IMG/VR virus record: IMGVR_UViG_3300015360_000003 | Coordinates: 1-62,064 of that record | Direction: 5' to 3' (one strand) | Origin: a virus | Taxonomy: Duplodnaviria; Caudoviricetes | Length of the DNA: 62,064 bases | Shown here: in pieces, positions 53,738 through 62,064 of the stretch | How the letters are laid out: each line of letters starts with the position of its first letter | How positions within the stretch are numbered: position 1 is the stretch's first letter | Notes under the pieces: generated by a model | What the model was told of the DNA's origin: nothing | Database searches by the model: none | What the model saw: the letters and a program-made list of their open reading frames with translations, nothing else | Position numbers and translations under genes: made by a program

Positions 53738-53994
53738 TTTTTTCCTTCTTGGGTTTTAAATTCTTCCGCTTGCTTTAGGAGATCGGCCCCGACTGACTTC
53801 ATGTTTTTGTATACCTCCTCTCCGTCCGCCGGGTATCGGTACAAAGACCCTGCATATATTATCGCAAATTTATCGATAGCGAGGGTTACGTAGTAATATG
53901 ATCCTGTATCAGCTCGCATCTTTATATGTCCCAGTTGAGGAAGATTGCCGACTTCCCAAAACCAGACGCGCTCTGAAGTAGTAAAAGTCTTCAT
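53716..53994 (-). CDS. Hypothetical protein
   Basis: 92-aa ORF. Confidence 0.6.
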   Translation of the reverse strand: MKTFTTSERVWFWEVGNLPQLGHIKMRADTGSYYYVTLAIDKFAIIYAGSLYRYPADGEEVYKNMKSVGADLLKQAEEFKTQEGKKWKAKLG

Positions 53995-54152
53995 CCGAAC
54001 CGAGAGTGTATCATATTAATCTTTTGGTGTACATAACTCTTCTAATCTTTTTTGCATCCGCTGTAGACGAATGACTAGTTTAGCTCTGCGACCTAGCGTT
54101 CCGCATAGCTCCAATGCCTTTGCATCGTGGGCTATGCGGAACCTCAACCTTT

Positions 54153-54422
54153 CTATCGGTAGAAAACGTGCCATATGAAAAAAGGCCCCTCTTGAACAGT
54201 GCTTAAATAGGTGTATCCGTGCAACGAGTACTTCTCGTCTGACCATCCGGTGCCCACGACAAGAACATCCCAGACAGCCGTAGGAACGTCGGGGGAATCG
54301 TCAACTTTAGCCCACACCCATAATGCGTCGTTATAGTATTTTGCGGTTAAGAAAATCGCGTTCAGCGGCCAGCTAATCTGCTGCGTACCCACCGTCAGGG
54401 ATTGTTTCCCCACGACTATCAT
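54153..54422 (-). CDS. Hypothetical phage protein
   Basis: LWVWAKVD..VVGTGW..YLSTVQ..IWHVF. Confidence 0.75.
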   Translation of the reverse strand: MIVVGKQSLTVGTQQISWPLNAIFLTAKYYNDALWVWAKVDDSPDVPTAVWDVLVVGTGWSDEKYSLHGYTYLSTVQEGPFFIWHVFYR

Positions 54423-54617
54423 TTACTTTGCCCTGATATACATTTGAATTTTTTTATACCCCAAACCTTTCAGCAGCCGTTTGGATATATACCCTCTATA
54501 CGCGGTGGATATCTCTGATTGTAAAGCTTTAAACTTTTTAGCCACTGTTATGCCGTTTGACTTGGCAACTAGAGCTTTTAAATCCTGCCGAACTTCTTCT
54601 TGTGTAAAATACTTCAT
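54423..54617 (-). CDS. Small HTH-like protein
   Basis: VAKKF..QSEIS..ISKRLLKGLGY. Confidence 0.6.
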   Translation of the reverse strand: MKYFTQEEVRQDLKALVAKSNGITVAKKFKALQSEISTAYRGYISKRLLKGLGYKKIQMYIRAK

Positions 54618-54660
54618 ACAATTCCTTAAATGGGTGGGGTCTGCAGTCCCCCACGATTAA

Positions 54661-55317
54661 CTAAACGATACTGTCCTCGTCGCCGTCTTCTACTTCTGGC
54701 GCGTTGCCTACGTCTTCCAACTCTTCCTCGATTTCCTCAATCGTCGAATAGAGCGCTGCATTACCCTGTCCATACCCTTCGCCGACCTTAGCAAACTGCA
54801 CTCCGCGAAGTGAGAAACTCACGCCCGGAACGATCTGCTTGTTGCCGTCGTACGGATAGACTGCAACATGTAAACGTCCCCAATCGCCGCCTTTGATCTC
54901 GCCGACTTCTTCTTTCGTCAAAACCGGAAACACGCCATTGACCTTCCGAGGTCCAAGGACAGTCGGAGGACGATTTTTAGGGTCGTCCTTCTTACCGGCC
55001 TTAGCTCGCATCATGATGCAGTTTTTCTGCGCCTCCATCGCCACGTCGTCGTCTTTATCGGTATCCTTAAGCGGGATGCGATACTTAGCGGACGTGAGCT
55101 TAAAGTCAGTGCCGAAATGGTCCCGTCCGACCTGCAAAACTGCTTCCTGAAGCGCTTTGCCCTTATCCTTAAAGATCGCCTTCGGAGTGAACAGGTCCGT
55201 CTTAAACTGTCCGTCACTGTACTGTCTGCCCCTATCAGGCTCGGCGAAATACGGAAAACTAAACTGTCCAAGCGGTGTCCAAATCAGCACCTGCGGCTTC
55301 TTCTCTTTTGTTGCCAT
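54661..55317 (-). CDS. ssb: Single-stranded DNA-binding protein (T7 gp2.5/DUF2815-like)
   Basis: TPLGQFSFPYFAEP, GVSFSLRGVQ..GE, acidic C-terminal tail. Confidence 0.82.
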   Translation of the reverse strand: MATKEKKPQVLIWTPLGQFSFPYFAEPDRGRQYSDGQFKTDLFTPKAIFKDKGKALQEAVLQVGRDHFGTDFKLTSAKYRIPLKDTDKDDDVAMEAQKNCIMMRAKAGKKDDPKNRPPTVLGPRKVNGVFPVLTKEEVGEIKGGDWGRLHVAVYPYDGNKQIVPGVSFSLRGVQFAKVGEGYGQGNAALYSTIEEIEEELEDVGNAPEVEDGDEDSIV

Positions 55318-55387
55318 TTTATCCTTTGTTTAAACTGCCCGTTTATTAAAGTTTACCGATGGGCAGTCGGCAAACCGTTTTCGCTAC

Positions 55388-56590
55388 TTACGAAACTTCT
55401 ACAAATTCGTCGGGTTCTGAGCAGGTAATGGCGTCGCGTGGGTCGGCAGACGACACCAGCTCCTGCTTTCCGGTTCCAAGCTGTACCAACGCTTTCGGAA
55501 TATTTCCTTTGCCTAAAAGCTTTTCGATTTCCCCAATCCCGACGAGTTTTTTATTGTACATGTCTTTTTCCTTAACGCCTTTCTTCTTAAGCGCCGATAC
55601 TATTCTCTCTTCTTTCTTAATCCAGCCACGTCGCCCTGCAGTACGCACTACTTTAATATCCTTATGCGACGCTCCGTTTTGCAAAGCGGCCATGAGATTA
55701 ATGGATACAGCGTTTAAGATGTCTTCGATGTAAGTCTTTTTCTTGAACAGTTCTACTTGTTCATCAAGCGTCATCGCTCGGATCTTTTCGATGATTGGGG
55801 CATCGTCTATTTCATCCGGCAGTGTGCTCTGCATCGTGTTCATGACTTCTTCTTCCTGCGCTTTGCAGTTTCCGTCCGCTCTACAAAACTTACAATGCGC
55901 CCCCGCAGATAGCCGCATCGATACTTTGCCCTCGTATGTAGCTTTTGCGAGACTGACGATAGTGACAATCTCGTCTTCCCATTTTTGTAACTCGGTCCCA
56001 GCGACGACATAGTTATTTTTTTCCCATTCGTCATCTACCCGCACTTGCGCGACGATAACCATGAGCTTTCCGATCTCAGAAAACGGCAGCTTAAGCGTCT
56101 TAACTGCGCCGATGCCGTACGCGATACCCTGCAGATTTTCATTAGCGTACACGCGTATCCCGGCTCCATACTTGTAGTCGAGTACGATCACATCCGTTTT
56201 CTTAGTCTTCTTACTAAGCCCTGTAAAAATCACGTCTGAGGTGCCGAATGTATCGTCATCAATGGCTACCTGCATCTCGTACGCGACGCTGCAGTTATTA
56301 TGCTTTTCGCAAAACGAGTCCCACAACGCGGCCACCTTCTCCGCCGTAGCGGTGACATGGGCCGCCATATCTGGATAATTCTTCGGTCCGACGTAGGGCT
56401 TAATAGACTTCTCGGTTAAGGCTTTCGGTAGATACGTTTCCATCTCATCGTGAAATACATCACCTTCTACCGAGTAGGTTGTCGACGGCAACGCAGGCAT
56501 GTCTTTAGTATATGCAAGTACGCCAGGACATTCCTTTAAGCGCTTTAAAGAGGACGGAGAGCCGAATTTAGCGTGTGTTTTTTTCTTCAT
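55388..56590 (-). CDS. Cas4-like PD-(D/E)xK nuclease (DUF2800-type)
   Basis: SPSS..R..CPG, EG..FH, FGTSD..DYKYGAG, N.Q..Y, HCKFCRA..C. Confidence 0.85.
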   Translation of the reverse strand: MKKKTHAKFGSPSSLKRLKECPGVLAYTKDMPALPSTTYSVEGDVFHDEMETYLPKALTEKSIKPYVGPKNYPDMAAHVTATAEKVAALWDSFCEKHNNCSVAYEMQVAIDDDTFGTSDVIFTGLSKKTKKTDVIVLDYKYGAGIRVYANENLQGIAYGIGAVKTLKLPFSEIGKLMVIVAQVRVDDEWEKNNYVVAGTELQKWEDEIVTIVSLAKATYEGKVSMRLSAGAHCKFCRADGNCKAQEEEVMNTMQSTLPDEIDDAPIIEKIRAMTLDEQVELFKKKTYIEDILNAVSINLMAALQNGASHKDIKVVRTAGRRGWIKKEERIVSALKKKGVKEKDMYNKKLVGIGEIEKLLGKGNIPKALVQLGTGKQELVSSADPRDAITCSEPDEFVEVS

Positions 56591-56729
56591 CTGTTCTTTC
56601 GTTATCTTTGTCCGTGTATGCGTCGAGAAGCATAACGATCTCGTCCCGCGCTTCGATAGGATTGTAATTATCGTTATAAAAAGCGTCTAAAATATCGTCA
56701 ATCTCTACGATCAGGTCTGTTTTAGTCAT
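56568..56729 (-). CDS. 53-aa acidic protein (below ORF-track cutoff)
   Basis: MTKTDLIVEIDDILDAFYNDNYNPIEARDEIV..; ATGA-coupled to the helicase stop. Confidence 0.65.
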   Translation of the reverse strand: MTKTDLIVEIDDILDAFYNDNYNPIEARDEIVMLLDAYTDKDNERTDEEKNTR

Positions 56730-58015
56730 TGCCACAGGTCATCTCCCATTACATCTTTCATAAAGGTGCTCTTTTCCTTTAACACTTCCAAAATATCCTC
56801 GTCAATGGTGTCATATCCGATCATATTGGTGATATGGATACACGTCGCCTTTTGACCGATTCTATCAACCCGCCCATATGCCTGCTCTACTACGGCAGGC
56901 GACCAGCATTGCTCCACCATCAACATATGCGATGCTCTGGTCAGGGTAATCCCTTCACCACCTGCTTGAATATTGCATAGGATGACATCTAGCACCCCGC
57001 GCTGAAAATCAACCTCCGCCCTGTTTTTTTCTTCTCTGCTATCCTGCCCTGTCACCGAGGCACAACGACGGCCAGACGTTTCCAGCGCCACCTTAATCTG
57101 CCGTAGCACCTCAGTATGGGTACAGAACACTACAAGCGGTTCCTCGACACCTAAGCAGTACTCTACGGCGGCGTCGATCTTGGCAACGCCTACATCGTTT
57201 AACAGCTTTGCGATGTGTTTAGGCACTACCGCGCCGTTTTTGTCGATGGCAAACCGAATCTCGACAGGGCTTATACGTTCCCCAGCCGCCGAGAGGTGCA
57301 CTCTTAAATTCTTTACAACTATCGGCGGCAGCTCAGCTAATACAGCGGTTTTAATTCGGCGAAGTGTGATCTTGGCAAACGCAGCGCGTAGGATCTTACG
57401 CCTATCCTGGCGCACTCCTTTATATCTCTTCCCGCCGCTCCACCAATCAACTTCCACGTCGCAGAAGTACTCAGAGAACCCGCTATAAGTGCCCCATTTC
57501 CCTGGCTGCGCGATATGTAGGTATGAATAGTAATCCTGCCCGCTCGAAGTCGCCGGCGTTGCCGTCATCATCCATATTTTACCTGTGGTTGCGTCGGCGA
57601 GTTTACAAAAGGCTCTACAGGTTAAGGATTTAAAGTTTTTTATCTTATGCGCTTCGTCGGCGATTATGCAGCTCCACTTCACTTTAAGTAGTCGCGCTAA
57701 TTGTTTTTTCTTATGTAGGAATTGAAAGGAAACAACTATAAAGCGCAGCCGCCCGGACAAGGGCACCTTTTCCTTGATCTGCCGAAGCTGTAGCACGGTG
57801 TACTCTTCTCCCGATAGGAACTTATCTATTGCCTGGCCCCACATGAGGGTTAACGAGGCCGGACATACAATGAGTACGTTGCCGCCGAGTTTATGCGCTG
57901 CGAAAATTGCTTGAGGACTTTTTCCTAGTCCGGTTTGATCGGCGAGTAAGCAGCGAGAGTTAGAAAGTAGAAACTCTACACCATCAGATTGAAAAGGAAG
58001 GGGTTTAAATTTCAT
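56726..58015 (-). CDS. SNF2-family (SF2) helicase
   Basis: LADQTGLGKS, DEAH, TATP, GEGITLT, QAYGRVDRIGQ. Confidence 0.93.
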   Translation of the reverse strand: MKFKPLPFQSDGVEFLLSNSRCLLADQTGLGKSPQAIFAAHKLGGNVLIVCPASLTLMWGQAIDKFLSGEEYTVLQLRQIKEKVPLSGRLRFIVVSFQFLHKKKQLARLLKVKWSCIIADEAHKIKNFKSLTCRAFCKLADATTGKIWMMTATPATSSGQDYYSYLHIAQPGKWGTYSGFSEYFCDVEVDWWSGGKRYKGVRQDRRKILRAAFAKITLRRIKTAVLAELPPIVVKNLRVHLSAAGERISPVEIRFAIDKNGAVVPKHIAKLLNDVGVAKIDAAVEYCLGVEEPLVVFCTHTEVLRQIKVALETSGRRCASVTGQDSREEKNRAEVDFQRGVLDVILCNIQAGGEGITLTRASHMLMVEQCWSPAVVEQAYGRVDRIGQKATCIHITNMIGYDTIDEDILEVLKEKSTFMKDVMGDDLWQ

Positions 58016-58091
58016 TCTTGTATTCAATGTGTACATTGTATACCTTGTATACATTGTCCATCTTGTTTCCGGCCTGGTACTGTATACCCCG
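58016..58091. promoter_or_regulatory. Divergent promoter/operator region
   Basis: Palindromes CAATGTgtACATTG and TGTATACcttGTATACA; TTGTCC-N18-TACTGT with extended TG. Confidence 0.55.
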
Positions 58092-58247
58092 ATGACTAAC
58101 CCCGAACAACCACAATCTTTCAGCGTAACGGCGCGTGTTTCACACAGGCTTTACAAAAAACTTAAATCGGAGTCTAAATACCGTGACCGCACGATTTCCC
58201 GCTTAATAGCTAAAATACTAGGTAAACATTTTAAATGTTCCTTATAG
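58092..58247 (+). CDS. Ribbon-helix-helix DNA-binding protein
   Basis: FSVTARVSHRLYKKL..RTISRLIAKIL. Confidence 0.7.
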   Translation: MTNPEQPQSFSVTARVSHRLYKKLKSESKYRDRTISRLIAKILGKHFKCSL

Positions 58248-58543
58248 CCCCTATTCCTGTCGCCTGGTTCAACGACGACTTATCGAAAAAAGCCTGCGTC
58301 CGTTTCGAGATCCGACTCATCAAAGCAAAAGACTGGATTGCGTTAGAGACGCTGGCCGGTTTAATTCTTCCTATCGATTTCGACCTGCGGCAGTACTTGT
58401 CGAAAAACATGCTCCACGCCATTTACTTCAAAACGGATACCAGCAATGTCCTCATTCACCCGGACGCGCTCCTTAAACTCTGCAAAAGAACTATTAAGCA
58501 ACGAATCAAGCGAGAGCGAGTTTCTCCTAGAAGATTGCACTGA
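58235..58543 (+). CDS. Hypothetical protein
   Basis: 102 aa between RHH and primase; overlaps the latter. Confidence 0.5.
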   Translation: MFLIAPIPVAWFNDDLSKKACVRFEIRLIKAKDWIALETLAGLILPIDFDLRQYLSKNMLHAIYFKTDTSNVLIHPDALLKLCKRTIKQRIKRERVSPRRLH

Positions 58544-60836
58544 TCATACGGCGGCAGCGAAAGAAGGAATCGATTTTCTTTTCGACTCCTTCCCGTACGC
58601 TATCCACACCTTTCAATATATTAAAAAATCGGAATCGGCCAAGCTTGTAACTCCGGTCCGCACGTACACCGATAAAGCCGCCGCTTGTAAAGATGCGTTG
58701 CTCTATAATCAAAGAGGCTACGACGTTTTTTTCATGGTTAATGAAGGCGACGGCGTTATTCACGACGGAAAACAAACGCCGCGTTCGCAACTATCGGTCC
58801 AATACCTGTCGAAGTGTTTTATCGACACTGATAACTGCCCGATTGCTAAAGTCGAGGCGTATCTCAACGATATCGGGCTGACTCCTCACATCAAAATATG
58901 CTCTTCGCCTAATCGATATCACCTGTACTTCGACTTCTCCCCTGTTCCGAAAACCGATGCCTCTGTTTTTAAATGGAACACGATACAAAACATGCTGCAT
59001 CGGCTAGGCGATCCATCGATTAAAAATCCCACGCAAAAGCTGGGGATGGATAAGACGATGCGCGATCACTCAAAGATCCTGCGCGTCCCTGGCTTCTCAC
59101 ACATTAAAAAACTAGCCCTCGTCGCTGTATCCGAGATCTCTACCGTCCCGCCGTATACACTCGATCAGATCTTTGAATTGACAGACGCCCAATCATATCT
59201 CGACTACAATGTGCAAACCTACGGAACCGCCGAGCCGTCAAACGTCCCCGATCTGGCCGATACCTCTATCCTGCCTGCGGGCGAACGCTTTTCAGCCCTG
59301 CAATCCCTGTCGCTCCACTTAGCTAATACCGAATCGGACCGCGAAACGGCGTACTCTCTATTTGATAACTTCGTCCGCAACCGACTAGATAATACCGACA
59401 GTGTTTACTACACGGACAAGTTAACGCCTAAATCGCTCGCTCTATTCAGCTCCGCGTTCGACAAGGTAAAAGCCGAGAACTTACACATCGTACAGTCCTT
59501 TCCGCTCGACGACGGAAGCACTCCTGCCCCGTGGCATCTCCCTGACTCTTTTTACCTGTCGGCCCCGAACGGATTCGGGGACATTGTAAAACAGGTGATG
59601 GATAACTCTTTATATCCCTGCGCTGCCTTGGCTTTCGGCACCTTCCTAGCGGGCCTCTCGATACTAAAATCAAAGACTCACTTAACCCCTAAAGGTTCGT
59701 CGCCTGCCCTGTACATTATCAACGTGGCGATCAGCGGCTACGGCAAGAACGATCCGATGACTTTCCTGCAAAACACTCTTTGGCACTACGGCTATGGTAA
59801 GTTAATCGGAAACGAGATCCGGTCTGATCGCGGCGTCTACGAGCATCTGGCCGCCAATGATGGGTTGGGGTTTTTTCTACTCGACGAAATCGGTCCCCTG
59901 CTTAGTTCCATCCAGGAGGAATCGGCCTCTACTCACCTGGCCTATATCGCGAAGGCGTTTTTACAGCTCTATTCCTCCGGGGCCATGCGGGGAATATCGT
60001 TTGGGAAGACGGCCAAGGCCAACTCTAAGAAAGGCGAGCCGGAACTCGTTCTCGATAACCCAATGGCGGCTATTTGCGGATATACGGTGCCGTCGAAATT
60101 CGCCACCCTTTTTAACGCCGATTCGGTCAATCAGGGCCTGTTCCAACGCTTCATTCCGATAGTTCCTGAAATCTTGCGGGTGCCTGAAAACGACAACGCC
60201 AACAAGTTTGCAATTATCACCTCTCCTCTCTTTGTTCACGCGTCTATTCCTGTTGAACTCGACTCAGAGGGGAACGCGGTTGAGGCTATACAATCCCTGC
60301 CTCGTGTCTCAATCGCATACACCCCTGACGCTCTAAAGGAGTTTAAGCGGCTATCTGACCATTATAGGGATCTCTTGATTAGCTCCGCCAACGATGCCGA
60401 GAAGGCCCCGTATTCGGGCCTCTATAGCCGCCTGGCCGAGCAGATTGAGAGGGTTGCCACTGTACTATCGGCGACCGTGATAGACCTGCCCACGCTAAAC
60501 TACGCGGCGGAGTTTATCGAGTCCCGTCACAGGGCAATTATGGCGCTCGCCGATTCAACGGTTCTCAAGACCAAGGGCAGCGAGAATATTCAGAATGAGG
60601 CCCTTATTCTGAATACGATTGCCCTGATGGCGCGTGAGCTCGAAACCCCGGTCATTTTTAAGACCGAGCTATACCGGCGTGTGCGGCGTAGTTTTGCCAC
60701 GATGAAGCAGTTTGATACCGCGTTGGCCGACGCCGCCGAGCTGCGGCGTATCGTTATGGTTCCAAACTACAAGCGATCTATGGTTAAAGGCGCTCGCCCT
60801 GGGTTGGGAGTAATGTTGGGCGACCTGCTCGACTAA
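58446..60836 (+). CDS. Primase-helicase (RepB-type primase plus DUF3987-like P-loop domain)
   Basis: VFFMVN, FIDTD, SSPNRYHLYF, LRVPGF; SGYGKN Walker A-like, LLDEIG, GLFQRF. Confidence 0.85.
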   Translation: MSSFTRTRSLNSAKELLSNESSESEFLLEDCTDHTAAAKEGIDFLFDSFPYAIHTFQYIKKSESAKLVTPVRTYTDKAAACKDALLYNQRGYDVFFMVNEGDGVIHDGKQTPRSQLSVQYLSKCFIDTDNCPIAKVEAYLNDIGLTPHIKICSSPNRYHLYFDFSPVPKTDASVFKWNTIQNMLHRLGDPSIKNPTQKLGMDKTMRDHSKILRVPGFSHIKKLALVAVSEISTVPPYTLDQIFELTDAQSYLDYNVQTYGTAEPSNVPDLADTSILPAGERFSALQSLSLHLANTESDRETAYSLFDNFVRNRLDNTDSVYYTDKLTPKSLALFSSAFDKVKAENLHIVQSFPLDDGSTPAPWHLPDSFYLSAPNGFGDIVKQVMDNSLYPCAALAFGTFLAGLSILKSKTHLTPKGSSPALYIINVAISGYGKNDPMTFLQNTLWHYGYGKLIGNEIRSDRGVYEHLAANDGLGFFLLDEIGPLLSSIQEESASTHLAYIAKAFLQLYSSGAMRGISFGKTAKANSKKGEPELVLDNPMAAICGYTVPSKFATLFNADSVNQGLFQRFIPIVPEILRVPENDNANKFAIITSPLFVHASIPVELDSEGNAVEAIQSLPRVSIAYTPDALKEFKRLSDHYRDLLISSANDAEKAPYSGLYSRLAEQIERVATVLSATVIDLPTLNYAAEFIESRHRAIMALADSTVLKTKGSENIQNEALILNTIALMARELETPVIFKTELYRRVRRSFATMKQFDTALADAAELRRIVMVPNYKRSMVKGARPGLGVMLGDLLD

Positions 60837-60876
60837 AAAACCTGTCCTTTCCTGTCTTTTCTGACATTTTCAAACG

Positions 60877-61235
60877 TCCAAAATAGAACAACTGGAAAAC
60901 AAGCGTGTACAGAAGGACTGTTTTTGTACACTCTTGATTTCTTGATACACTCTTGATTCGGAACAAAGCCATAGTATCATTAAGAAAAATCAAGAGTGTA
61001 CAAAATCAAGAGTGTACGGGGGGTATGAGTGTTTCTCTCCCAAAAGGAGAAGAAAGTAAAAACTTTCTGAAAAACGCGACACTCTTGTTTTTTGATTTTC
61101 ATTTATTTATAAATATATGATATTATTATATATATGTATATATAAGAGGGAATCAAGAGTGTATCAAGAGTGTATCAAGAGTGTACAGAAACACTGTTTC
61201 TGTACACTCTTGATTTCCAGGTGTTCTATTTTGGA
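60877..61235. other. Candidate replication origin
   Basis: Multiple TCAAGAGTGTA boxes in both orientations, ~85-bp inverted arms, AT-rich core, next to primase. Confidence 0.65.
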
Positions 61236-61250
61236 AAAAACCAGGTGTTT

Positions 61251-61841
61251 TCAAGTGTTTGCGGATTCCGCCATTTTTGTCATGACGCGGACGACGTAGG
61301 CTTCTGATTCTGGAAACTGCCTTTTCAGAGCCTTCGGGCCGCCGTTGTAGACGCGAAGGGCGTTTCCTATGGTCGCTTGGGAGGCTAGTTCCTGCGAAAG
61401 TATAAGTGCCCCGCAGTCTATGTTCGTGGCCTCGTCCCAAAGCTTCCCGGCGTGTGAGAGGCCGCACCTTTTGTAGTTCGCAGGCATTATTTGCAGCAGC
61501 CCAATCGCCCCTTTGAGGCTTAATGCAGTCGGATTTTTCTGGGACTCGGTGCTCGCTAGGGCATGAAGGAGCGGACGCCGGATGCCGTATTTATCAGCCG
61601 CACGATCAATCAGGCTATCAATCGAGGTCGGGGATGGAATCGGCTGAAGTCCTACAGACTGCAACAGGTAGTAGCCCGCCTCATACGTCTTACTGACCAT
61701 AATATTTTCTGCGTGGATGTAGCCTGCCGATCCGTAGTGAAGCACGAACGGCAAAGCGGCGAGACTAGCTAGGATAATACTGCGGCTGCGAATCATAGTC
61801 GTACCTCGTTTGGGCGTATTTACTTCGTCAATTGTCGTCAT
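61251..61841 (-). CDS. Soluble lytic transglycosylase with N-terminal hydrophobic signal
   Basis: TES..NPTALS.KGAIGLLQIMP, NI..GA..L, YNGGP, YV.RV; AAGGAG SD. Confidence 0.9.
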   Translation of the reverse strand: MTTIDEVNTPKRGTTMIRSRSIILASLAALPFVLHYGSAGYIHAENIMVSKTYEAGYYLLQSVGLQPIPSPTSIDSLIDRAADKYGIRRPLLHALASTESQKNPTALSLKGAIGLLQIMPANYKRCGLSHAGKLWDEATNIDCGALILSQELASQATIGNALRVYNGGPKALKRQFPESEAYVVRVMTKMAESANT

Positions 61842-61860
61842 GTTTTCTCCTTTAAAATGT

Positions 61861-62064
61861 GAGAGCGGGGGACAGGGGCGAGAGGGGGACAGGGGCGAGC
61901 GTGGCAGGTGGGTAATCATCGGTTAATCCCATGTGCGAGAGGGGGACAGGTGGGTAATCATCGGTTACTGCCATGTGCGAGCCTTCGAGCGTGGCAGGTG
62001 GGTAATCATCGGTTAATCCCATGTGCGAGCCTTCGAGCGTGGCAGGTGGGTAATCATCGGTTAA
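61861..62064. repeat. G-rich lead-in and 48-bp tandem array continuing into base 1
   Basis: GGGGGACAGGGGCGAG x2; hybrid 42-bp unit 61927-61968; full units 61969-62016 and 62017-62064. Confidence 0.95.

Larger units (their letters stand above)
1..62064. mobile_element. Probable complete tailed dsDNA bacteriophage genome (podovirus-like)
   Basis: TerL, portal-, capsid- and tail-like genes, PolA, primase-helicase, lysins; no host housekeeping genes; window ends join in register within a 48-bp array. Confidence 0.9.

Noticed and set aside
55388-56590. Cas4 as part of a CRISPR-Cas system
   Set aside because: Stand-alone Cas4-like nuclease in the usual SSB/helicase replication context; no array or other cas genes
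1-62064. Diversity-generating retroelement, retron or alternative genetic code
   Set aside because: No reverse transcriptase motifs; repeat differences are not adenine-specific; long genes are intact in the standard code

Overview
The window looks like an essentially complete ~62 kb tailed dsDNA phage genome. A 48-bp tandem array runs seamlessly from base 62064 into base 1. Podovirus-like morphology is inferred from tail tubular/stabilisation-type genes, large internal-virion proteins and no tape measure or sheath; an LpxR homologue suggests a Gram-negative host. Modules: (1) 243-8642, minus strand: ~27 small early genes behind one sigma70-like promoter; (2) 8750-11500: a repeat-rich non-coding stretch, a small gene and an inverted terminase large subunit; (3) 11564-40222, plus strand: portal, scaffold, Cys-rich capsid, fibre/tail proteins, ejection proteins; (4) 40197-58015, minus strand: lysis, envelope, replication and accessory genes (DUF5675-type lysin, RuvC, GroES, papain-like peptidase, PolA, LpxR, Dam-like MTase, metzincin, Acb2/Tad1-like protein, SSB, Cas4-like nuclease, SNF2 helicase); (5) RHH regulator, primase-helicase, iteron-rich candidate origin and an SLT gene. 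The most striking feature is the early region. It is built as a cassette array in which ten ~50-nt covarying hairpins (plus one half copy) sit between a stop codon and a shared GGAAAC-type leader, and four paralogous gene families recur in shuffled order. All functional calls come from motif recognition by eye, not database searches.
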